From positions 32,001-96,000 of the forward strand of contig CAVRGP010000011.1 in the NCBI GenBank assembly GCA_963720755.1: a stretch of DNA of 64,000 bases, written 5' to 3'. The stretch is from an uncultured Chloroflexia bacterium. Its GTDB lineage: Bacteria; Chloroflexota; Limnocylindria; Limnocylindrales; CSP1-4. Made by a program: the position numbers and the translations under genes. Every line of letters begins with the position of its first letter. Within the stretch, counting starts at the first letter, position 1. Positions 9,336-18,733 of the stretch are shown here, one piece after another. The notes beneath the pieces are model-generated. The model did not search any database. It saw nothing but the letters and a program-made list of their open reading frames with translations, and had not been told where the DNA came from.

Positions 9336-10123
9336 AGGGCCGGATGCGCCGCGGTGCCGTGATCGCCGGGGTGATCGCCAGCCTCCTCGTCGGCGTCCTG
9401 TCGATCCAGGTCGCGGCCGACCTCGCCGCCGCGGCCGCCCCGCCACCCGCGCCACCGGTCTCGCTCGACACCTTGAAGAGCCAGCTCGCCGCTGAGCAGG
9501 ATCGTGCCACCGGGCTGCAGCAACAGCTCGAGGACCTGATGGGCGTGACCGGCCAGCTGACCGATGCGCTGGATGCGACCCAGACCCAGGTCAACGACGA
9601 TGGCCTGTCGGCGACCGACCTTCGTCACAGACTGAAGGCGGCCGAAGCGAAGCTGGCGCTCGTCAATGGATTGCTCAGGAAGGCGAAAGCTCGCCTCGTC
9701 GCGCTCGGGCAGACGACGGCCGGTCTGTCTGCCGGAAGCGGGTCCTCGTCCGGCAAGGGCGGCGGAGGAGGTGGTGCCGGCGCTGCGGCGACCCCGGCGC
9801 CCACCGCGCCGCCGCCGGCGGCCCCGACCTTCAGTCTGTCCCTCAGCCTGGCGGGCGGTGGGGTCAAGGCGGCCTGGACGGCCTGCACGCTGAACAACTT
9901 CTACGCCTATGCGCTGGTTCGCTCGACCGACCGCGAGATCCACTACCCGCCCGAGGACAGGGACACCCTGGTCGCCCAGGTCAACTCGAGCTCGACGCTC
10001 ACCGCGACCGATGGGGCTGCCCCTTCCGGCACCCTCTGGTACCGGCTCTACTGTCTGACCCGGAGTGGGGGTGAGACCCGGATCGGGACGTCGACGTCCA
10101 CTGTCCAGATCTCCGTACCGTGA
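9332..10123 (+). CDS. Exported coiled-coil protein with Gly/Pro linker and C-terminal beta-rich (Fn3-like) domain
   Basis: GTGA overlap; basic + hydrophobic N-terminus; heptad region; W..C and WYRLYC. Confidence 0.7.
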   Translation: MKGRMRRGAVIAGVIASLLVGVLSIQVAADLAAAAAPPPAPPVSLDTLKSQLAAEQDRATGLQQQLEDLMGVTGQLTDALDATQTQVNDDGLSATDLRHRLKAAEAKLALVNGLLRKAKARLVALGQTTAGLSAGSGSSSGKGGGGGGAGAAATPAPTAPPPAAPTFSLSLSLAGGGVKAAWTACTLNNFYAYALVRSTDREIHYPPEDRDTLVAQVNSSSTLTATDGAAPSGTLWYRLYCLTRSGGETRIGTSTSTVQISVP

Positions 10124-10653
10124 GGCCGACGATGTCAAACGAACGACCGCCCACGAAGACGCCCGACACGAAGCGGCCCTATCACGTCGGCGTCGCGATC
10201 GGCCTGACGACCGGTGTCTATGCGATCAGTCTGCTCGCCACCACCCAGATGCAGATCACGACCGACCGGGCACTGATCGCGGACCGGGCGCCGGTGGCCA
10301 ACGCCATCGATGCGCTCGATCAGCATCACGATGAGCAGGAGGCCCGACTCCTCGAGGCGCGCCTCCGCTACCAGGACGGGACCGCCGGCTACGACGCCGT
10401 GGCCGAGCGACTGGCCGTCCTCGAAGCCCGCCTGGCCGCCGTGGGCAAGACCGTCGGCAAAGTAGAGCGGCTGAGCGACTCACTGCCGGGCAGCCTGGCG
10501 CTCGGCAGCATGCCGACAACGGTCGCTCGTGGTGGAGGCTCCGGCAGCTCGTCGGGTGGTGGGCACACGGCGATCAAGCTTCCGCCACCGCCGCCCGCCA
10601 AGGCGGCACCCCCACCGGCGAGCGGTGGGACGGGAGGGTCGGGCAAGCCTTGA
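10120..10653 (+). CDS. Membrane-anchored coiled-coil protein, candidate ApbE (FMN) substrate
   Basis: Single N-terminal TM, coiled coil, Gly/Pro tail ending SGGTGGSGKP; start 10120 or 10132. Confidence 0.65.
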   Translation: MRPTMSNERPPTKTPDTKRPYHVGVAIGLTTGVYAISLLATTQMQITTDRALIADRAPVANAIDALDQHHDEQEARLLEARLRYQDGTAGYDAVAERLAVLEARLAAVGKTVGKVERLSDSLPGSLALGSMPTTVARGGGSGSSSGGGHTAIKLPPPPPAKAAPPPASGGTGGSGKP

Positions 10654-11612
10654 CCGTCGGAACCGGAACGACCGCACCGTCGCAGGTGGCGAGCGAGCGG
10701 GTCTTCACCGGTCGGGCGCTCGGATCCCCGCTGCGACTGACCCTGCGCAACGTGCCCCTTGCCGAGGCCGAGACGGCGTGGAAGGCGGTCGTGGACGAGT
10801 TCGATGCCGTTGACGGGGCGATGTCCGCCTACCGAGCCGACAGTGAAGTCACCCAGCTCAACGAGCGCGCCGGGCATCGCGACGCCATCCGCGTGGAACG
10901 GCGTCTGTACGACGCGCTGGCGCTCGCGGACCGGGCGTGGCGGCGGACCGGCGGTCGCTTCGACACCCGAGTCCTCGCCGTCCTGCTCGATCTGGGCCGG
11001 CCCGGTGTGCAGCATGTCGATGTCCCGGACCCGGTCCCGACGCCGACCGATTCCGGTATCCGTCGCTTTCCTCGGGAACGGTCGATCTCGGTCTCGGCTC
11101 CGGTCGATCTCGGCGGTCTCGGCAAGGGCCTCGCACTGCGCTGGGCGTGGCGTCGCCTGGCTCCCATCGTGGACCTGCCCGGCAGAGGTGGGTTCATCGA
11201 AGCCGGAGGCGATCTCGTCGGGCATGGGCCGGGACCGGCCGGGGATGCCTGGCTCATCCGGATCGATTCACCGGATGGGGCGACCGACCCAGTGGCGGTC
11301 GTCGAGCTCGGGTCAGGCGGTCTGTGTACCTCCTCCACCGAGGTCTCGACCTGGGTGACGCCGGACGGTCAGGTCGTCCATCACCTCATCGACCCGCGAA
11401 CCGGCCGACCGGGTGGCCAGGGCCTGATGTCCGTGACCGTGGCCACGCCCGACCCGGCCTGGGCCGAGATCTGGAGCAAGGTCCTCTTCCTTGCCGGGCC
11501 GGAGGTGATCGGGCCGGAGGCGAGGAGCCTGGGACTGGCGGCCTGGTGGGTGACCAGGAGTGGCGGGCTGGAGATGACCCCGGCCGCCCGTCAGCGGACG
11601 GTCTGGTCCTGA
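10650..11612 (+). CDS. apbE: FAD:protein FMN transferase
   Basis: SAYRADSEVTQLN, TGGRFD, DLGGLGKG, EAGGD, TSS, HHLIDPRTG, SVTV motifs. Confidence 0.92.
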   Translation: MTVGTGTTAPSQVASERVFTGRALGSPLRLTLRNVPLAEAETAWKAVVDEFDAVDGAMSAYRADSEVTQLNERAGHRDAIRVERRLYDALALADRAWRRTGGRFDTRVLAVLLDLGRPGVQHVDVPDPVPTPTDSGIRRFPRERSISVSAPVDLGGLGKGLALRWAWRRLAPIVDLPGRGGFIEAGGDLVGHGPGPAGDAWLIRIDSPDGATDPVAVVELGSGGLCTSSTEVSTWVTPDGQVVHHLIDPRTGRPGGQGLMSVTVATPDPAWAEIWSKVLFLAGPEVIGPEARSLGLAAWWVTRSGGLEMTPAARQRTVWS

Positions 11613-11636
11613 CGCTCCCGGTCGGGGGATACGACC

Positions 11637-12647
11637 TCAGCGGATCGGCAGGATCAGGACGTACCGTCCGTACCACTCCTTGCGGGCCTTCGCGTACCCG
11701 GGTGTGTACGGATCGTCGAGAAGGCTGTCCCGTTCGTAGTAGCGCTGGAACCGCCACTTGTAGGTCATCGTGTAGCGCAGTGACTTGTACGTCATCCTGA
11801 GATCGACCGCGTGGGACCGGCGGAGTGGGTCGCTCAGGTAGAGCCCCCGAACGGTGAAGGCGTTGGTGTAGTGGCCGGCCGCATCCCGCGCCCACGGGTC
11901 GCCAGCGAGGCCGTCGTAGCCGGTGAGCATCTGCGCGTGCCGGCCGCGCCAACCCATGAGCCCGACCGGCTTGCCCGTCGCGATGAGCGCCCTGACGGCG
12001 GCCTTGATCGCCCGGTCGTAGGAACCATAGGACCGATCGTCGTAGACGCGAGATCCGGCCAGGAGCGTGTCGGCGCCCCAACCGTAGTAGTTCAGCGCGT
12101 TCCGCCAGCCATGCGGGTCGGATCCGTAGCCGCCGACGAGTGTGTCGTGACGGCGCTCCCAGGACAGGATCTCGTCCTGGACGGAGCGTGCGTTCGTCGG
12201 CAGCCAGATGAACCCATCGCCACCGGTCCCGCTCGAGGCGATGAAGTTGAGCATGCTCCGCGTCGAGGTCGCGGTGCAGGCTCGCCAATCGGGGTTCTGG
12301 AAGCCGAAACTCGTGGTGACGAACAGGTCCAGGGATCGGGGTGCGACCGGTGTCGGCGTCGGTGTCGGCGTCGGAGTTGGCGTGGGCGTGGGGGTCGGAC
12401 TTGGACTTGGGCTCGGACTTGGACTTGGGCTCGGACTTGGACTCGGACTTGGGGTCGGATCCGGGGTCGGCGACGGCGACGGCGAGACGGTCGGTGTCGG
12501 GCTCGGTGACGGATCCGCGGCGGCGGCCACGCGTGGCAGGGCAACGAGTGCCAGGGCGCCGCCAAGGACGCCGGCCATCGCGAATCGGCGAAGGATAGAG
12601 AGCCCGAGCAGCGAGCCAGGCATCGCCCTGGGTTGAGCAAGTCGCAT
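11637..12647 (-). CDS. Exported protein with (PS)n/(PT)n linker and papain-fold (peptidase C39-like) domain
   Basis: Signal peptide, Pro-Ser/Thr stalk, Q....ACTATS / [10 protein letters not shown] / YLSDP Cys-His-Asp order; start could be 12686 or 12623. Confidence 0.6.
   Translation of the reverse strand: MRLAQPRAMPGSLLGLSILRRFAMAGVLGGALALVALPRVAAAADPSPSPTPTVSPSPSPTPDPTPSPSPSPSPSPSPSPSPSPTPTPTPTPTPTPTPTPVAPRSLDLFVTTSFGFQNPDWRACTATSTRSMLNFIASSGTGGDGFIWLPTNARSVQDEILSWERRHDTLVGGYGSDPHGWRNALNYYGWGADTLLAGSRVYDDRSYGSYDRAIKAAVRALIATGKPVGLMGWRGRHAQMLTGYDGLAGDPWARDAAGHYTNAFTVRGLYLSDPLRRSHAVDLRMTYKSLRYTMTYKWRFQRYYERDSLLDDPYTPGYAKARKEWYGRYVLILPIR
12348..12510. repeat. Coding tandem repeats (6-nt and 18-nt units) for the PS/PT linker
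   Basis: CGGACTTGGACTTGGGCT at 12396 and 12414, variant at 12432; GGTGTC/GGCGTC runs. Confidence 0.85.
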
Positions 12648-12728
12648 GGTCCACCCACCATACGACCGGGCCACGGCCCGGGACACCGCCCTGAAAGTAC
12701 TCGTGGAACAGGTCCGGCGAGGTTCGTC

Positions 12729-13694
12729 CTAGCGGTCGACTTCCGCCGGTTCGTCCCGTACGGCCGCTGTCACCACCGGAGCTGGTCGAAGCGAACCGCG
12801 CACCAGGGCCATCGGCCGGACGTCGAGGATGAGGCCGAGGGCGACGAACACCAGCAACGAGCCGAAGAGGAACGTCGGCGAGATCGACTCCGACAGGAAG
12901 ATGGCGCCCCAGACCGTGCCGAAGACCGGATTGAGGAATGTCACGGTACTCGTCGCCATCGGGCCGACATCGCGATTCAGGCGGAACAGGATCGGCCAGG
13001 CGATCGCCGTCGAGAGGATGCCGATCCCGAGCATGGCCACGACGGCCTCAGACGTGATCGTCGCATCCCCGGCCGTGACCGCCGCGAACGGCAGGAGCAT
13101 GAACGCAGCCGCGATGAGCTGCCCTGCTGCGAGCTGGACTGGCGGCTGGGGACCCATCCGACGCCGGATGTACGTGAGCGCGATGCCATATGACGCCGCG
13201 GCGAGCGTCGCGGCCACAACGCCGATCAGGGCATCCGGTGCCAGCTGGATGCCCTCGAGGCCGACGATGACGCCGACGCCGAGGAAGCCGATGACGATCG
13301 CCGCGATCCGTCGCTGGGTCGGCGCCTGCCGGAGCCAGATCGCGAGGATGATGGCCGTCCAGAACGGCGTCGTCGCGTTGATGATCGACCCCAGACCGGC
13401 CGTGATCGAGCGCTCCGCGAACGCGAACAACGCGAACGGAAGCGCCGCCATGAACAGGCCCACGATGAGGTAGTCGCGCCACGACGCCCGCATCGCCGCG
13501 ATTCGCGTCCGGCCGACGAACGGCAACAGGATGACGGCCGCGATCAGGACCCGGACGAAGGCGACGACCAGGGCGGGCAGCTCCGGAGCGGCGAGACGCA
13601 TGAACAGGAACGACCCACCGAACGCTGCGCCGCAATAGAGGAGGGACGCGACGACGACGGGCGATACCGACGCGCGCTCGGCAGGCCGGATCAC
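12729..13694 (-). CDS. EamA/DMT-family transporter
   Basis: About 10 TMs; FGGSFLFMR, NATTPFW, VTFLNPVFG..G.IFLSE; start uncertain. Confidence 0.85.
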   Translation of the reverse strand: MIRPAERASVSPVVVASLLYCGAAFGGSFLFMRLAAPELPALVVAFVRVLIAAVILLPFVGRTRIAAMRASWRDYLIVGLFMAALPFALFAFAERSITAGLGSIINATTPFWTAIILAIWLRQAPTQRRIAAIVIGFLGVGVIVGLEGIQLAPDALIGVVAATLAAASYGIALTYIRRRMGPQPPVQLAAGQLIAAAFMLLPFAAVTAGDATITSEAVVAMLGIGILSTAIAWPILFRLNRDVGPMATSTVTFLNPVFGTVWGAIFLSESISPTFLFGSLLVFVALGLILDVRPMALVRGSLRPAPVVTAAVRDEPAEVDR

Positions 13695-13860
13695 ACTGCC
13701 ACGCTCGTCGGCCTGGCCTGGCGCACGGGCGGTCGCGCCGCCAAGATGGCTCCGATGGCCATCGAAACGGGAACGCGCGTGATCCGCTGTGCGCGATGTC
13801 GGGCGTGGGTCTGGCGCATCGAGCCGACTGTATCCGATTGGTCGGGCGGATGGCGGGTCG

Positions 13861-15087
13861 ATGGATAGCGCGGATGTCGTCATCGCCGGGGCGGGGATCG
13901 CCGGCATCGCCACCGCCTGGCAGGTGGCCGAACAGCTCGGTGCGACGACCGCCGTCCTGATCGATCCGCGTCCGCCGCTGTCGCTCACCAGCGACCGGCC
14001 GGGTGCCAACTACCGTGATTGGTGGCCCCAGCGAACCATGGTCGAACTGGCGCAACGCAGCATCGGATCCGTCGAGCGCCTTGTCGCTGCCGGGGCCGAT
14101 GTCGCGATGGATCGTCGTGGCTACCTGTACGTGACTGCCGACCCGTCGGTCGCCGAGACGTTGCCGTCGTTCATCGAGCGGCACGTCGCGGCGGGGGTCG
14201 CGCGGACCGACGCGGACTTGTGGCTCGGTCCGGATGAGCTGGCGACGCGATTCCCGCACCTCGGTCGCGCGTCGCTGGGCGCGATCCACGCACGGCGAGC
14301 GGGGAGCCTCGATACGGTCGGGCTTGGGCGGGCGATGCTGGCGGCGGCGCAGCTTCGCGGGGTTCGGGTGGGGCGAGGGACCGTCGTGGCGGTCGGCACA
14401 GCGAACGGCCGCGTCGAAAGCGTGACGGTGACGACAGCCGATGGACATCGCCGGATCCACACGGATCGTTTCGTCAACGCGGCCGGGCCGTTCGCACTGG
14501 CGGTCGCACGGCTGGTCGGAGCCGATCTCGAGCTCCAGACCGTTCTTCGCCAGAAGGTCGTCTTCCGCGATCCGCTCGGGATCGTGCCTCGCGATGCACC
14601 ATTCACGATCGGCCTCGACGAGACCGATGGACTCCCAGCCGGAGTCCATATCAAGCCGGACGCTTCGATAGGCCCGGATACGATCAAGCTCGGGTGGGCT
14701 CGCGACCAGACGCCGTCCGAACCAGGCGTCGACCCGTCATGCCCTCCGGACTTCCCGGCCGTGGTCCTGGCGCGGGCCGCGACGATGGTGCCGGGCCTTG
14801 AGGCCTACCTTGCCCGAGCGCCCGACCTTCTGGCGCACGATGGCGGCTTCTATGCCCGTACCCCCGACGGCTTTCCGTTGATCGGCCCGCTCGGGCCTGA
14901 CGGCGCGTTCATCGTCGGTGGGATGGCGGGGTTCGGGACGATGATGGCGGCCGCGGCCGGCGAACTCGGCGCCGCCTGGGTTATCGGTGGCGACCGGCCG
15001 GACCTGGCCCAGAGCTTCGACCCGCGGCGGCCTACCGTGGCCCGACGGGTCGATGGTTCCGCGGCACCGCGGTACGGCGAGCTCTGA
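13861..15087 (+). CDS. FAD-dependent oxidoreductase (DAO/sarcosine-oxidase beta family)
   Basis: VVIAGAGIAG, VNAAGPF, FYARTPDGFPLIG, GMAGFG. Confidence 0.85.
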   Translation: MDSADVVIAGAGIAGIATAWQVAEQLGATTAVLIDPRPPLSLTSDRPGANYRDWWPQRTMVELAQRSIGSVERLVAAGADVAMDRRGYLYVTADPSVAETLPSFIERHVAAGVARTDADLWLGPDELATRFPHLGRASLGAIHARRAGSLDTVGLGRAMLAAAQLRGVRVGRGTVVAVGTANGRVESVTVTTADGHRRIHTDRFVNAAGPFALAVARLVGADLELQTVLRQKVVFRDPLGIVPRDAPFTIGLDETDGLPAGVHIKPDASIGPDTIKLGWARDQTPSEPGVDPSCPPDFPAVVLARAATMVPGLEAYLARAPDLLAHDGGFYARTPDGFPLIGPLGPDGAFIVGGMAGFGTMMAAAAGELGAAWVIGGDRPDLAQSFDPRRPTVARRVDGSAAPRYGEL

Positions 15088-15112
15088 CGAACAACCGGGC
15101 GGTCGAAGCGGA

Positions 15113-18100
15113 TCAGCCGACCGGGGCCGCTTCCTGGATCGTCGTGGGGGTCACCGGGTCGACCGGGCTCCACTCCGCCATCGTCGCCTCGAGTCGCTCG
15201 AGGAACGGGCGGGCGCGGAGGCGAACCAGGATCTCGCGGGCTCGCTCCGCCGCGGCGCGGACCTCCGGCTCGCCCGGCCCGAGCAGGGTCGTCATCTCGA
15301 TCGCGCAGAGCGCCTCATCCCAGACGGTCCCGAGGTCGCGCCACAGCCGCAACCCTGAGCGATACAGGTCGAGGGCCTCGCGCGGGCGGCCCTCGAGCGC
15401 GGCGATCCCGGCCTCGATGGTCATCACGTCCGCCTCGATCACCCGACCGCGCCGACCGATGGTTTCGACCGAGGCAAGATCCTGGCGTGCCGCGGCAGCG
15501 TCGCGGGCCAGGACCGAATCGTGGCCGGCTCGCAGGTTGACCTCCACGTGCTTCTGGGTCAGGAGCCGGCCATAGGCATGCGTGCGTGACCTGGCGAGCT
15601 CGTACTGACCAGCCGCAAACGCCTTGCCGGCCATAACGTCGGCGATCGCCGTCGCCTTGACCGTGTCATCGTCGCTCACGGCGACCGCCTCGAGCCGGGC
15701 GACCAGCTCCGCGGTCGCCTCACCGCGGTAGGCCAGGAGGTTGGTCAAGCCCGCCAGCCCCGTGACCCGGTCGAGCGGATCCACCTCGTCGTCGGTCAGT
15801 GTCGACAATTCAGCGGCGATCCAATCCCATTCCCCCAACCGCATGGCCGCGTCCCGAGCATTCTCGAAGAGGTGGAACGACCGGATGCCGAATCGCCGCG
15901 CGATGGCGAGACCGGCGCGTGCCGCCTCGAGCGACGCACGAGGGTCGTGATCGCCCTGAAGGGCGGAGAGGTTGTTGAGGCCGCGATTCTCCGGCATCGG
16001 GAACCCATGCTCGGCGGCCAGCCGCCGGCCGGTCTCGACCGCGCCGATCCCCTCGTACGGTCGACCCAGGTGAGTCAGGGCGGAGCCCCGTGTGATCAGT
16101 GTGTCCGCGACGACCTCGACGAGATCGACCCGCTCAGCCGAAGAGAGGACTCGATCGGCTACGGCGACCGAGCCGGTCAGGTCGCCGTTGAGGAACAAGG
16201 CTCGCGACAGCTGACCGTCGAGCTTGGCGAGGATGGCATCGTCGTCGAGGTCCCTGAATCGCTCCGACGCCTCGGTCAGGAGGGCAAGGGCCGGTTCGAA
16301 GTGGAAGAAGCTCAGCAGCGCCCAGCCGAATCCAGCCGTCGTGCGGGCTTCCGCGCTGCGATCCCCGAGCCCCGCCCACAGCGCGAGTGCTGCTTCGTAG
16401 TGAGACGTGGAAATGCTTACCCGCTGGAGCGAGGCCGCCGAGGCCGCGGCCCGGTCGTGGAGTGATGCCTCGTCGGCGGGATCCGAGGTGATGCTCAGGG
16501 CCTGCTCGCTCAAGGCGATCGCCTGTTCGTGCGCGCCCAGGCCGGCCGCTCGTTCGGCCCCGGCCCGTAGCGCAATCCTGGCCTGTGTCCCGAGCGTCTC
16601 CCGCTCCGGGCCATCGGGAGCGTTCGCGTGCGCCGCCAGGTAGTGCCCCGCCAGCGCACCGGCGAGCTCGTCTGACCCGAGCGACTCGAAGAACCGCGCG
16701 GCCGCAAGGTGTCGAACCTTCCGATCGGACCTCGCGAGAGTCGCATAGGCGACTTCGCGGATGAGGGCCTGGACGAACGCATATTGTCCGCGTTCCGGGG
16801 AGCGCGGGTCGGCCTCGAGTTCGAGGATCTCGCGGCGAACGAGGTCGTGGAGCGCAGGCTCGAGCGTCGCCAGATCGCGGCCGGCGACGGCCGCGACGCC
16901 ATCGACCGTGAAACTCTGGCCGAGCACGGCCGCATCCGAAACGAGCGCCCGTTCGGCGGGGTCGAGCGCATCCAGGCGGGACGCGATCAGGGCCGTGAGC
17001 GTGTCCGGGACGGCCAGCGAGCTGAGGTCGCCGACCGGGCGGTAGGTACCGTCCTCGAGGGTCAGCCGGCCCTCGGCCAGGAGCATCCGAACGGTCTCGA
17101 CCGCGTAGAGCGGGATGCCGTCTGCGCGGTCGACGATCGCCCGAGCGGCGGCCTCCGGCAGGCCGGGGACGAGACCAGCCAGGAGCTCCCGCATCGACGC
17201 GGCGTCCAGGGGTTCGAGGTAGAGCGAGTTGAACGCCCGCTTCCCGACGCCCCAATCGGACCGTCGATCGAGGAGCTCGGGGCGTGCCAGTGTGACCACG
17301 TAGATCGGGACGTTGCGGCTCCACTCCAGGAGATGGTCGACGAAGTCCATGAGCCCGCTATCCGCGAGATGGAAGTCCTCGAAGACCATGACCACGGGCC
17401 CGGTGGCGGCCAGACGCTCGAAGAAGGTCCGCCATGCACCGAAGAGTTGCTCGGATCCGACGCCCGACTCGACGCCCAGCAGGGTGAGCAGGGCCGCCTC
17501 GACCCATCGCCGCTCGTCGGGATCGGGAACGTACGTCGCGACCGTTTCCGCGATCTTCGTCCGGGTCGTGGCCTCTTCGTCGGCCTCGAGCAGGCCGCAG
17601 CGGCCGCGGACCATCTCGCCGAGTGCCCAGAACGTGATCCCGTCGCCGTAGGCCGGGCTGCGCCCGTCGTGCCACGCCACCAATTCGACCAGGCCGTCGA
17701 TGTACTTGAGGAATTCCCATGCCAGGCGCGTCTTGCCGACGCCGGCCGCCCCGATGACGCTGACCAGGCGCGGTCGCTGCTCCCGGCTCGTCGCGTGGTA
17801 GAGGTCTTTCAGCAGGCGCAGTTCGTCCGAGCGTCCGACGAACGGCGCCTCGAGCGCGTCCGAGCGGTTGCGACCGCCCCGCTCGGAGACGACGCGCATA
17901 GCGCGCCACGCCGGGATCGGGCTCGTCTTGCCCTTGAGGACCTGCTCACCCGCGGCCTCGAACGCGATCGCCTTGGACGCGGCTCGCTGGGTCAATTCAC
18001 CGACCAGGACGGCGCCGGTGGGTGCCACGGACTGCAATCGGGAGGCCGTATTCACGAGGTCGCCCGCCACCATCCCCTGGCCGACCGCGTCCAGGGTCAC

Positions 18101-18643
18101 GGCCGCCTCGCCGGTCAGGACCCCGGCCCTCGCCTCGATGGAAGGCCCAAGCGTTCGCACGGCGTCGACCAGTTCCAGTGCGGCCCGGACACCGCGCTCG
18201 GCATCATCCTCCCGGGCGACCGGGGCGCCCCAGACGGCCATGACCGCATCGCCGATGAACTTCTCGACCGTGCCGCCGTAGCGCTCGATGATGTCCCTGG
18301 CAAGTTCGAAGTAGCGGGTCAGCGTCTCGCGGACCTCTTCGGCGTCACGGCCCTCTGCGTAGGTCGTGAACCCGACCAGGTCGGCGAACAGGATCGTGAC
18401 GAGGCGCCGCTCCGCGACCGGCGCCGTCGTCGTCGCGTGGGCAGCCCCGGCCGCCGCGATACGTGGGGCAATGGCGGGAGCCGCCCCGGGGGTCAGCTGG
18501 GTTGCGCATTCACCGCAGAAGCGATCGCCGGGGTCGACCGCGGCGCCGCAATTCGGACAGCTGTTGGCGAGCGGGCTCGCACACCCGACACAGAACTTTC
18601 GTCCCGGCTTGTTCTCGGTGCCGCAATTCGAACAGATCGCCGT
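15113..18643 (-). CDS. Class III adenylate/guanylate cyclase with double zinc ribbon, STAND ATPase and TPR region
   Basis: 4x CxxC, FADLVGFT, EKFIGDAVMA, VNTASRLQ, GAAGVGKT, FEDFH; best RBS points to ACG 18643 (alternative TTG 18682). Confidence 0.9.
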   Translation of the reverse strand, partial: TAICSNCGTENKPGRKFCVGCASPLANSCPNCGAAVDPGDRFCGECATQLTPGAAPAIAPRIAAAGAAHATTTAPVAERRLVTILFADLVGFTTYAEGRDAEEVRETLTRYFELARDIIERYGGTVEKFIGDAVMAVWGAPVAREDDAERGVRAALELVDAVRTLGPSIEARAGVLTGEAAVTLDAVGQGMVAGDLVNTASRLQSVAPTGAVLVGELTQRAASKAIAFEAAGEQVLKGKTSPIPAWRAMRVVSERGGRNRSDALEAPFVGRSDELRLLKDLYHATSREQRPRLVSVIGAAGVGKTRLAWEFLKYIDGLVELVAWHDGRSPAYGDGITFWALGEMVRGRCGLLEADEEATTRTKIAETVATYVPDPDERRWVEAALLTLLGVESGVGSEQLFGAWRTFFERLAATGPVVMVFEDFHLADSGLMDFVDHLLEWSRNVPIYVVTLARPELLDRRSDWGVGKRAFNSLYLEPLDAASMRELLAGLVPGLPEAAARAIVDRADGIPLYAVETVRMLLAEGRLTLEDGTYRPVGDLSSLAVPDTLTALIASRLDALDPAERALVSDAAVLGQSFTVDGVAAVAGRDLATLEPALHDLVRREILELEADPRSPERGQYAFVQALIREVAYATLARSDRKVRHLAAARFFESLGSDELAGALAGHYLAAHANAPDGPERETLGTQARIALRAGAERAAGLGAHEQAIALSEQALSITSDPADEASLHDRAAASAASLQRVSISTSHYEAALALWAGLGDRSAEARTTAGFGWALLSFFHFEPALALLTEASERFRDLDDDAILAKLDGQLSRALFLNGDLTGSVAVADRVLSSAERVDLVEVVADTLITRGSALTHLGRPYEGIGAVETGRRLAAEHGFPMPENRGLNNLSALQGDHDPRASLEAARAGLAIARRFGIRSFHLFENARDAAMRLGEWDWIAAELSTLTDDEVDPLDRVTGLAGLTNLLAYRGEATAELVARLEAVAVSDDDTVKATAIADVMAGKAFAAGQYELARSRTHAYGRLLTQKHVEVNLRAGHDSVLARDAAAARQDLASVETIGRRGRVIEADVMTIEAGIAALEGRPREALDLYRSGLRLWRDLGTVWDEALCAIEMTTLLGPGEPEVRAAAERAREILVRLRARPFLERLEATMAEWSPVDPVTPTTIQEAAPVG

Positions 18644-18733
18644 GGCCGAACCCTCCTGATGGTCGAAGCGTAGCGTAGCCAAAGGCCTTCCCCCGCGTCC
18701 ACGCTACTGTGTCGGCGACAGGGAGGGCTAGCC

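Noticed and set aside
12348-12510. CRISPR array
   Set aside because: No unique spacers; in-frame coding repeats for a PS/PT linker; no cas genes
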